Below, in pieces: positions 1 to 7,725 of a DNA stretch of 64,000 nucleotides. The stretch spans positions 628-64,627 of IMG/VR virus record IMGVR_UViG_3300027708_000072; one strand, 5' to 3'. The position numbers and the translations under genes were made by a program. Below the pieces are notes generated by a model. The model had not been told where the DNA came from, did no database searches, and saw only the letters and a program-made list of their open reading frames with translations. Source of the stretch: a virus (taxonomy: Duplodnaviria > Caudoviricetes). Positions within the stretch are counted from its first letter, which is position 1. Each line of letters begins with the position of its first letter.

Positions 1-759
1 TTGCGTTTTGACATGAGTGAGTATCAAGAGAAGCACAGCATCAGTAAGTTGATCGGTAGCCCTCCGGGCTATGTGGGCTTTGAAGAAAATGCTGGCTTGT
101 TGATTACACAGATTCAAGAAAATCCAAACGCTGTTCTATTGTTTGACGAAATTGAAAAGTCTCATCCAGATGTGGCCACAGTATTGCTACAAATGATGGA
201 TAACGGTTTTATCACTGGTTCAAATGGTAAACAAGCTGACTGTCGTCAACTTATCCTTATTCTTACAACCAATGCCGGCGCTCAATCAGCTGAAAAGAAC
301 GCTATTGGCTTTGGCGCACAAGACAAAGAATACAGTGATGTAGATTTAAAGAAATTCTTAACACCAGAGTTCCGCAATCGATTGGACGGTATTATTACAT
401 TTAAGAAACTTGGCAAACCAGTTATGATCAAGATTGTTAACAAGTTTATCGACGAGATGCGTGATCAAGTCAAAGAAAAAGGTATCCGTATCAAAATCAA
501 TAACGAAGCGATTGACTGGCTAATTACAAAAGGATTTGATGCCAAGATGGGTGCTCGTCCATTACAACGTACTATTGACAAGGAAATCAAGCGTGACCTT
601 GCTAAGATGATATTATTCGGAGAACTTAAGAACGGTGGATGGTTACATATCAGTGTTGAAGAGGATAAAATTTTGCTCACAGCAAAAATTAAAACTCCAA
701 AACTACCGCTAGTTGTAACTGAAGCTGAAACAGTTACTATAACAGAAAATGAAGTATAA
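1..759 (+). CDS. clpA: ClpA/ClpB-family AAA+ chaperone, C-terminal part (5'-truncated by window edge)
   Basis: Second AAA module motifs: DMSEYQEKHSISKLIGSPPGYVG, Walker B LLFDEIEK, TTNAG, PEFRNRLD, MGARPLQR. Confidence 0.9.
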   Translation: MRFDMSEYQEKHSISKLIGSPPGYVGFEENAGLLITQIQENPNAVLLFDEIEKSHPDVATVLLQMMDNGFITGSNGKQADCRQLILILTTNAGAQSAEKNAIGFGAQDKEYSDVDLKKFLTPEFRNRLDGIITFKKLGKPVMIKIVNKFIDEMRDQVKEKGIRIKINNEAIDWLITKGFDAKMGARPLQRTIDKEIKRDLAKMILFGELKNGGWLHISVEEDKILLTAKIKTPKLPLVVTEAETVTITENEV

Positions 760-1387
760 AGAGACCCGTAGTTTATTTTTAGGAAAATACCAGTACAAAA
801 TAGCACTGGTATGTTCAAGTGCATCCTTGTTCAGGGGAGGTGATATCGATAATGCCGTTATGGAATTGGCAAAGATTGATGTTAGGCATCCTGAACATTT
901 TTCCTATTGGGCCAGTCGAATCAAATCTTCCGAAGACTTAGAATACGTAAGATCATTATGTTATGATTTTAAAAAGATTACAGACTATGACTTACGTGTA
1001 GAACAGCCTATTATCAACATCTATACCAACGATATCAAATCCGTTAAATTGTTTGAAAAGAAATATTCCGATACTATCAAATTCATTAGCAAACCCGCGG
1101 CAGACGGTGTATTAACCAGCGATACTATCATAATGAATAAGATGAATTTTGATTATCGTATTACTATGGGTGCAACTAAACAGGAATACAGCACTTTTGT
1201 TGAATGGGCTGAAAAACACCCCAAAATCAAGCTGACAAAAAGCTGTATACGTGATTTGCATCGTGGTAGAAGTTGGGGCGGTACGCACTTCTATGTGTCG
1301 GGCGACAACAATTTGCTCATGACCAAGATGCATTTAGGCGGTACTATAAGCAAGGTACAGCGTATTATACACCAGGCCGAAGTATAA
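749..1387 (+). CDS. Hypothetical phage protein (212 aa)
   Basis: Long ORF overlapping the clpA stop; no motif recognised. Confidence 0.7.
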   Translation: MKYKETRSLFLGKYQYKIALVCSSASLFRGGDIDNAVMELAKIDVRHPEHFSYWASRIKSSEDLEYVRSLCYDFKKITDYDLRVEQPIINIYTNDIKSVKLFEKKYSDTIKFISKPAADGVLTSDTIIMNKMNFDYRITMGATKQEYSTFVEWAEKHPKIKLTKSCIRDLHRGRSWGGTHFYVSGDNNLLMTKMHLGGTISKVQRIIHQAEV

Positions 1388-1406
1388 AACACATTCTACG
1401 TATTAC

Positions 1407-1414
1407 GATAAATA
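1407..1414 (+). promoter_or_regulatory. Putative late promoter box GATAAATA
   Basis: One mismatch from the T4 late consensus TATAAATA; the same octamer recurs upstream of genes at 5235, 30734, 45393(-) and 49265(-). Confidence 0.55.
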
Positions 1415-1444
1415 CTCTAACTGCCCCAGTTAGGGTATTTTTTT
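1410..1444 (+). terminator. Rho-independent terminator-like hairpin
   Basis: AAATACTCTAACTG-ccc-CAGTTAGGGTATTT (14-bp stem, one G-U pair) followed by TTTT, just after the stop at 1387. Confidence 0.7.
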
Positions 1445-1461
1445 GATAAACGGGCCAAAAT

Positions 1462-1836
1462 ATGCGTATAAATGAACTTTGCGAAAGCGTTGACTTAGAA
1501 TTAGGTAAAGAAGCCAAAGACCCAAATGATCCACACGGACTGGGGTTTGATTTAAAGGACGACTTGATGTTCTTCATGCATCACGATGATGATGCATACC
1601 GCCGCCACACATTTCCAGCAATATTAAAAATCAAAGATCAGTTAGATGCTGGCAAACAAACAGATTACAAACTTTTTGACAAAGCCATCAAAGAAGTGTA
1701 CAATAAGTATTGCAACAAATTTCAAATTAGAGAACTGCCACATGAATTGGATCAGGAATTGTTAGACGAGCTATGTCAACAGTTACACGAAGAAGAATGT
1801 GAAAAGATCAAAAACGGTCATTACGGGAAAAATTAA
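1462..1836 (+). CDS. Hypothetical protein, probable head-packaged (N-terminus MRINELCES)
   Basis: 124-aa ORF downstream of the late box; N-terminal motif shared with neighbours. Confidence 0.7.
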   Translation: MRINELCESVDLELGKEAKDPNDPHGLGFDLKDDLMFFMHHDDDAYRRHTFPAILKIKDQLDAGKQTDYKLFDKAIKEVYNKYCNKFQIRELPHELDQELLDELCQQLHEEECEKIKNGHYGKN

Positions 1837-3051
1837 GTGTTACTTCGAGAATTATTCATCCGCGAAGTTGAACAAGCCAAAGTGCCAGTACAACTCGGGC
1901 GGGCATTTAATCATCCTGAACATTTTGTAATATTTTATGGAGTGAGTGGCATACTCGAAGCCCTGCAACACTTTGACGAAATCAAAGCTGAACCCAAACA
2001 ATTGAGATTCAAATGGGACGGCAATCCTCAAATCTATTGGGGCAGGGAAGTTGCCGGAGGTCCACTAGTACTAGCAGGACACAATGGCTGGGGCAAAGGT
2101 GGTCGCAATACTGGCACCACAATGGATGACTTTACTAGTCCGGAAGCTGTGCAAAATTTTATTCTACACAAAAGCGGTGAAGGTGCCAAGGGACAAGAAG
2201 TAACTGCCGAACGCCAACGCTTTGCTAGTGAATTTGCAAGTTTGTATCCCACATTCGATGCGGCCACTCCAAAAGACTTTGTTGGGTTTGTGTATGCAGA
2301 TGCTATCTTTATGCCCGCTACCAAACCCAAAATGGATAGCAGTGGTACTTATAACATGCATCCTAATCCACACAGTGCCACTGAATACCATGTCAGCAAG
2401 GATAGTGAATTAGGTAAACGTGTTGCTGGCGCAAAACTTATGATTGCGGCACACGGAACCTTTGATACATTCGGTGCACCAGACTCTGCACAAAAACCCA
2501 AAGACAGTTTTGAAGAATTTAACGGCACTAATGAATTAATTGTGTTGGACCCAATTTATAATAGTCAGGCACCAGCCCACGCAAAAGGCGGAGAAGAACT
2601 CACTGCTAAAAAAGATGTGACTACAAAACAAACATGGTTGGAACAGCACAGTGAAAAAATTGATCAGTTTGTTGGCAGTGTTTCGAATACAGATAAAAAC
2701 GGAATATTTTATCCATTCCTGAATCAAAAAAATGCAGGTGGTACATTTGATAGTATCAACGCCAAAGTATTTTTTGATTGGATGGCAGAGCCACAAGCCA
2801 ACGGCAAGCCCCGTGTGTCAGTACCCAAACAACAAGTGCTACACAATCTCGAACAACAAACACAGGCATTGAATGAAGTATTTCATGCTATGAAAGTTAT
2901 CCGTGATATCAAACACGACATATACAAAATAACCAACGACACACATGATGCAGATGTGTGGGCAACCAATAGTGAAGGTTATGTGCGCTATGCCAAAGAT
3001 AATCACAAACATGGCAATATGAAGATTGTTGCACCAGGGTGGAAAAATTGA
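1837..3051 (+). CDS. ATP-dependent ligase-fold nucleotidyltransferase (DUF6267-like)
   Basis: Motif I-like KWDG, motif IV-like EGYV, motif V-like MKIV near the C-terminus; GTG start immediately after the previous stop. Confidence 0.55.
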   Translation: MLLRELFIREVEQAKVPVQLGRAFNHPEHFVIFYGVSGILEALQHFDEIKAEPKQLRFKWDGNPQIYWGREVAGGPLVLAGHNGWGKGGRNTGTTMDDFTSPEAVQNFILHKSGEGAKGQEVTAERQRFASEFASLYPTFDAATPKDFVGFVYADAIFMPATKPKMDSSGTYNMHPNPHSATEYHVSKDSELGKRVAGAKLMIAAHGTFDTFGAPDSAQKPKDSFEEFNGTNELIVLDPIYNSQAPAHAKGGEELTAKKDVTTKQTWLEQHSEKIDQFVGSVSNTDKNGIFYPFLNQKNAGGTFDSINAKVFFDWMAEPQANGKPRVSVPKQQVLHNLEQQTQALNEVFHAMKVIRDIKHDIYKITNDTHDADVWATNSEGYVRYAKDNHKHGNMKIVAPGWKN

Positions 3052-4391
3052 AAGCATATCATTTAACAGAATCTGACCAGAATCAAGCCGCTATTATATT
3101 TGGGCGATTCAATCCTCCGCATTTTGGCCACAAAGCGGCTTGGGACATTGCGGCAGAATTTCCCATATGGTATGTTGGCACCAATCAAAGCACACAAGGC
3201 CCTAAAGATCCACTGCCATTTGATATCAAAATAGAAGCCATGAAAACATTCATGCCTGATATAGACGATCACTTGGTTGCAGAACAAAGCTGGTTTACTT
3301 TGGCATCCATGGTATACAAGCAACACGGTGCTGTCACATTGCATATTGTGACAGATGCCACTGATTCAAAAATATTTGTACCAGCACTACAAAAACAAAA
3401 TGGCATCGAAGGTCCGCACGGATTTTACAAATTTAATAATATTGTATGGAAAGAAGCCAAACGACAAAGCGAAGCAAGTTTGGTTAGAAAAGCAGTCAAG
3501 GATAATAATCCACAAGAATTTGCGACCTATTCTGGTGTACCTGCTGATACAATGATTGCAGGACATCCATATTTCAAACTGGTAAGACATTACATGATGC
3601 CCTACATGCAAGCAGAAGCAGACAAAGAAAAACAAAAAGCTGAAAGAGAAAGATTAAAAGCTGAAAAAGAACAACAAAAAGCGGAGAAACTTGCAATGAA
3701 ACAACAACCCAAGGCCAAAGGGCCTGCACAAGAGTTAGCTGAAACAAAACGTATGAGTGCGGCAGTTAAACTACAACGTGCATGGGATCGTGAACGTGCT
3801 AAATCTAGTGCAAGTAATGAACGTGAACACATGCGTCGTGAATTACAAGGCATTGCCGATCGTATGAAGCCAAAAGAAGAACCCAAGAAAGACGATCAAA
3901 CTTTATCAGAAATAAAACAAAGACTAGATCCCAAATGCTGGAAAGGCAAACACAAAGAGGGTACTAAGATTAAAGGCGGCGTTCGTGTTAACAACTGTGT
4001 TCCTAACGAAGGCCGAGTGCGTATCGGTCAAGCGTTAGAAAGCATCTACGAAGCCAAGGCCCGTGAATCATTAAAGAAATTTGAACAAGATGCAATCCCT
4101 GGTATGACTGTTTATGACAGTTTAAATAACAGTGACTCGTATACTGCGTATCGATTTGGAGTTGCACTTGCTCCAAGCCCAGATTTTACTGATATGGCTA
4201 AGAAAAGTGCTCTAGCGAATTCATTTGCTATGATCGATTATACCGATGCTGATGCAAAAATTCGTAAAGGTGCAGAAAAATCAATGGGTGTAAAAGCTAG
4301 TTCTTCTTCATCAGCTAGTTCAAAAGAACTTCCAAGTACAAATAAAGTTAGTCCAATAGCTACCGCTAAACGTAATAAATACGGTATATGA
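3039..4391 (+). CDS. HxGH nucleotidyltransferase (cytidyltransferase/NMNAT-like) with long modular C-terminal extension
   Basis: FGRFNPPHFGH signature and KDPLPF; start may be TTG 3048 (MKAYHLTE), overlapping the upstream TGA. Confidence 0.75.
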   Translation: MEKLKAYHLTESDQNQAAIIFGRFNPPHFGHKAAWDIAAEFPIWYVGTNQSTQGPKDPLPFDIKIEAMKTFMPDIDDHLVAEQSWFTLASMVYKQHGAVTLHIVTDATDSKIFVPALQKQNGIEGPHGFYKFNNIVWKEAKRQSEASLVRKAVKDNNPQEFATYSGVPADTMIAGHPYFKLVRHYMMPYMQAEADKEKQKAERERLKAEKEQQKAEKLAMKQQPKAKGPAQELAETKRMSAAVKLQRAWDRERAKSSASNEREHMRRELQGIADRMKPKEEPKKDDQTLSEIKQRLDPKCWKGKHKEGTKIKGGVRVNNCVPNEGRVRIGQALESIYEAKARESLKKFEQDAIPGMTVYDSLNNSDSYTAYRFGVALAPSPDFTDMAKKSALANSFAMIDYTDADAKIRKGAEKSMGVKASSSSSASSKELPSTNKVSPIATAKRNKYGI

Positions 4392-4675
4392 AACAGTACA
4401 GAATAACCAGCCAAGACCTAAATCAAGATAGTCCAGACGATTGCTATCTTGCTCCGGATGATCCTGTACAAGAATTAAAAATATTATCAGGTATGGGCGG
4501 GCTAGGTGGCGAAGCTAGACTGCACGAATATCGTGCTAGTCAGGGTAGCAATATCAGTGTTACAGGTAATGAGAATGCCCGCATTCAACGTGAAAAAAAT
4601 ATACAACCAGGAACTCCAGAATGGTTCAAGTTATGGTTTTCAAAGCCATACATGACTGGGGAGGAGAAGAAATGA
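4388..4675 (+). CDS. Hypothetical protein (95 aa)
   Basis: ATGA-coupled to both neighbours; motif IQPGTPEWFKLWF. Confidence 0.7.
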   Translation: MKQYRITSQDLNQDSPDDCYLAPDDPVQELKILSGMGGLGGEARLHEYRASQGSNISVTGNENARIQREKNIQPGTPEWFKLWFSKPYMTGEEKK

Positions 4676-5025
4676 GAGCTAGAGAATTTTTAAACGAACA
4701 AAACGCGGCTAAACCTTTACGTAAGAATTCCAAACAATCGGCTCTATATGCTAAACGATATGACGATATGGACACATATTATGATATGTATAGATTTGGT
4801 GTAGCTATTGCTGGTGGCCCGGATACTCCTGACGAAGGGCCTGCTCGTGCAAGTCCAACAGTATGGATACGTAACGATATCGAAGACGCTAAAGTTAAAA
4901 CAGCTGAACGAGCATTAGGCGTTAAAGGAACTGTAATTGTTCCAAAAGGGCCTAGCGAAGAATATAAAGATACTGAAACAGTTAGTCCGGTAGCTAAGAT
5001 TAAACGTAACAAATACGGAATTTAA
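4672..5025 (+). CDS. Hypothetical protein, paralog of the C-terminal domain of 3039..4391
   Basis: ATG 4672 preceded by GAGGAG; MRAREFLNE start; shares YRFGVA and VSPxAxxKRNKYGI. Confidence 0.75.
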   Translation: MRAREFLNEQNAAKPLRKNSKQSALYAKRYDDMDTYYDMYRFGVAIAGGPDTPDEGPARASPTVWIRNDIEDAKVKTAERALGVKGTVIVPKGPSEEYKDTETVSPVAKIKRNKYGI

Positions 5026-5026
5026 T

Positions 5027-5239
5027 ATGCGAGCTAAAGAATTCATCAGCGAAACAGCATCAATGGGTGCAACTAGCTCAGCAAACATTGCGACCGTTGC
5101 TAATCCCAACATTGCAGGCGGTGTAAACAACGCCAAACCGCCTAAAATTATGCAGAAAAAGAAGAAAGACGGAACGGCTGTAAATGCCTTAGATATGATA
5201 GGAGTCAGCCTATTCGGCGGCGAAACCATTAAAAGATAA
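5027..5239 (+). CDS. Small hypothetical protein, probable head-packaged (MRAKEFISE)
   Basis: 70-aa ORF directly after the previous stop; shared N-terminal motif. Confidence 0.7.
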   Translation: MRAKEFISETASMGATSSANIATVANPNIAGGVNNAKPPKIMQKKKKDGTAVNALDMIGVSLFGGETIKR

Positions 5240-5242
5240 ATA
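5235..5242 (+). promoter_or_regulatory. Putative late promoter box GATAAATA
   Basis: Exact octamer upstream of GGAG and ATG 5266. Confidence 0.55.
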
Positions 5243-5265
5243 TTACAAGTTAACGGAGTCCTCAA

Positions 5266-6336
5266 ATGGCCAAACAAGATCTATATAAAACAGCTCAACA
5301 AAGTGCAAAACTATTCAAATTAATTCAAGACGAACAGCTATTAGAAAGCTGGGTCAAGAACAAAATTATCAGCGCCGCAGAAGATATTTCTACGGTTTAT
5401 CAGTATTTGAACTACGAAAAGCAGTTCAAAGATTACAGCAAAATGATTGCTGAAAGTACTGACCTAAGTGATAGCAAACGTGCTGTGTTAACCAGCAAAC
5501 TTGCAGAAGCCAAAGAAAAAGTTAAAGAACTTAAGAAAAAGGCCGCTAAAGAAAAGTCTGAAAAGATGGACGAAAATGCTTTCGACACTAAAGAAAAGGG
5601 TGAGATGAAAGTTGGCGATACAAAGAAAACACGCACCGGCGAATTGACAAAAACTTCAACTGGTGTAGTACATAAAAATACCAGCTATCATGATGACGGT
5701 GATGAAATTGCTTCAAACGCCAAATCAGGCAAAGGCGTCAAGAGCCATGCCAAAGCGCAATCAGCCGCTGAGAAGAAAGAAAAAGCTCCTGCACAGAAAA
5801 AATCTAAGACTGGTACATGGGGTATGGAAAACGGTGAAAAGTTTGACAACCGTAAAGATGAAGGTTCATACTTAGGTAAGCGTTTAACTGCTGAAGGTAA
5901 AGTATGCCCGATCTGTAAGAAAGATCCTTGCAAGTGTAGTAAGGGCGATAATAAAAAGAAAACTGTTAAAGAAGCCGATGTAGGTAAGCACAATAACGGT
6001 AAGACAACTGGTTTCAAAGCAGTTGCTAATAAAGCCGCTAAAGAATACGGTAGCAAGAAGGCTGGTGAGAAAGTTGCCGGTGCAGTATTTCAAAAGATGA
6101 AAGCGTCTGGTAAAGTTAAAGAAGCTATTGCTCGTGCTAAAGATGTATTAGAGGGCAAGGGCAAGAAAGGCGATGGTAACTTGGCTAACAATGCTAAACC
6201 GTACGACAAAGTTACACGTGGTGATGTTATTGCCGGACGTCTTGGTAAAGACGAAAAAGGCGGCAAAAAAGAAGTTGTTAAAGAATCTGTTGAATTAAAT
6301 CGTTTAAAGGTTTTAAATCAGCATCTAAACGGGTAA
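5266..6336 (+). CDS. Lys-rich modular hypothetical protein, probable internal head protein
   Basis: 356 aa, very basic, many L/V-x-E sites; two modules shared with 6341..7276. Confidence 0.7.
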   Translation: MAKQDLYKTAQQSAKLFKLIQDEQLLESWVKNKIISAAEDISTVYQYLNYEKQFKDYSKMIAESTDLSDSKRAVLTSKLAEAKEKVKELKKKAAKEKSEKMDENAFDTKEKGEMKVGDTKKTRTGELTKTSTGVVHKNTSYHDDGDEIASNAKSGKGVKSHAKAQSAAEKKEKAPAQKKSKTGTWGMENGEKFDNRKDEGSYLGKRLTAEGKVCPICKKDPCKCSKGDNKKKTVKEADVGKHNNGKTTGFKAVANKAAKEYGSKKAGEKVAGAVFQKMKASGKVKEAIARAKDVLEGKGKKGDGNLANNAKPYDKVTRGDVIAGRLGKDEKGGKKEVVKESVELNRLKVLNQHLNG

Positions 6337-6340
6337 TAGC

Positions 6341-7276
6341 ATGGACATGAAGAAAATTCTTCAGACCATGGATAGTGTATCAAGTAAACCAGTAGAAGGG
6401 TCTGACAACATGAAGCAGTTTCTGTCCATAGTGACAGAAGGTGCCAATCCACACAAGGTTGCATTGCCAGTTCAAATGGCCATGCAACACTATGCGGAGC
6501 CGGTGGTTGCTCAACCTAAAACGATAAAAGAAGTTAAAAAATCTGCAATGTCCAACATGTTGTATCAATATTATACAACTGCTGAAAAAGAACTATCGGA
6601 AGAGGCTACGGCCAAAAAAGAACTAATCAGTGAACAAGCTAGACGTATTGCAGATCGATTATTAGAGAAAGACCTGGGCAAACATAACAATGCCACTACA
6701 GGATTCAAAGCATTAGCTAAAAAAACCAACAGCAAAATTGCTGGCGCACAGTTTCAAAAGATGAAAAAAGCTGGTCAGCTTGAAGAGTCGGACGAAGAAA
6801 GTTTTAACGGTGAGTACGATGATGAAGCGGGCATGGCGCAAGGTAGTTTGCACACCCTGCAAAATGCAGTAGCGGGTCTACAGCAAGTAATTGATTCTGG
6901 AGACAATTTACCTGAATGGTGTCAAGAAAAGATCAGCCTGGCTGAAGATTATCTAGTTACTGTGTGGGATTATATACAAAGCGAAAAAGCACAAGGTGTT
7001 GATCCAAAAATTAGCGAACACCGAGATGCATATCAACGTGACTACGATTCAAGTCGTACAGGCTTTGGTCGTCCTCCTAGAGAAGATGACGAATATCACA
7101 ACGGACCAGATCCAGAAACATTTAAAATTAAATGTACTATGACAGATTTAGAAACCGGAGAACCCCGTAATAGAGTCGCTACAATTACTACAGCTCACGG
7201 TTATGGTCATGCGGTTAACATGGCATTAGATATGTATCGTAAACAAGGCTATAGCGATGCTAAAGAATTAAACTAA
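6341..7276 (+). CDS. Modular hypothetical protein, probable internal head protein
   Basis: 311 aa; GKHNN-TTGFKA and W-x3-KI-x2-A modules shared with the upstream gene. Confidence 0.7.
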   Translation: MDMKKILQTMDSVSSKPVEGSDNMKQFLSIVTEGANPHKVALPVQMAMQHYAEPVVAQPKTIKEVKKSAMSNMLYQYYTTAEKELSEEATAKKELISEQARRIADRLLEKDLGKHNNATTGFKALAKKTNSKIAGAQFQKMKKAGQLEESDEESFNGEYDDEAGMAQGSLHTLQNAVAGLQQVIDSGDNLPEWCQEKISLAEDYLVTVWDYIQSEKAQGVDPKISEHRDAYQRDYDSSRTGFGRPPREDDEYHNGPDPETFKIKCTMTDLETGEPRNRVATITTAHGYGHAVNMALDMYRKQGYSDAKELN

Positions 7277-7277
7277 T

Positions 7278-7724
7278 ATGGATGAATTAATTAAAGCAAT
7301 GAAAATTGCATTTGCTAGCGAAAACGTTTATTACGTTAAAGCATCGTCATTTCATTGGAATATAGAAGGTTCAAACTTTCCGCAATATCATGCTTTGCTA
7401 GATACCATCTATACGGAAGTATACAATGCACGTGACGGTTTCGCTGAAAATATTCGTAAATTAGGTGCTTACGCACTTGGAAGTAATAGCTCATATATTA
7501 AATACAGTGCAGTACAAGAAAGTAATCAAGTACCGGAGCCGCAAGCCATGCTTGCTGAACTACTAGCAGACAGTGAAAAAATTGCTAACTTTTTAAAAAT
7601 TGTATTCGATCTTGCAGAACAAAATGGCGAGCACGGACTAAGTAATTTTATTGCAGATCGTCAAGATGCACATAAAAAGCATGCCTGGATGTTACGTAGT
7701 ACATTAAAGGGACAAGGAATTTAA
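7278..7724 (+). CDS. dps: Dps / ferritin-like DNA protection protein
   Basis: HWNIEGSNFPQYH, D-x2-AE-x-IR-x-LG and C-terminal KHAWML; 148 aa. Confidence 0.9.
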   Translation: MDELIKAMKIAFASENVYYVKASSFHWNIEGSNFPQYHALLDTIYTEVYNARDGFAENIRKLGAYALGSNSSYIKYSAVQESNQVPEPQAMLAELLADSEKIANFLKIVFDLAEQNGEHGLSNFIADRQDAHKKHAWMLRSTLKGQGI

Positions 7725-7725
7725 A

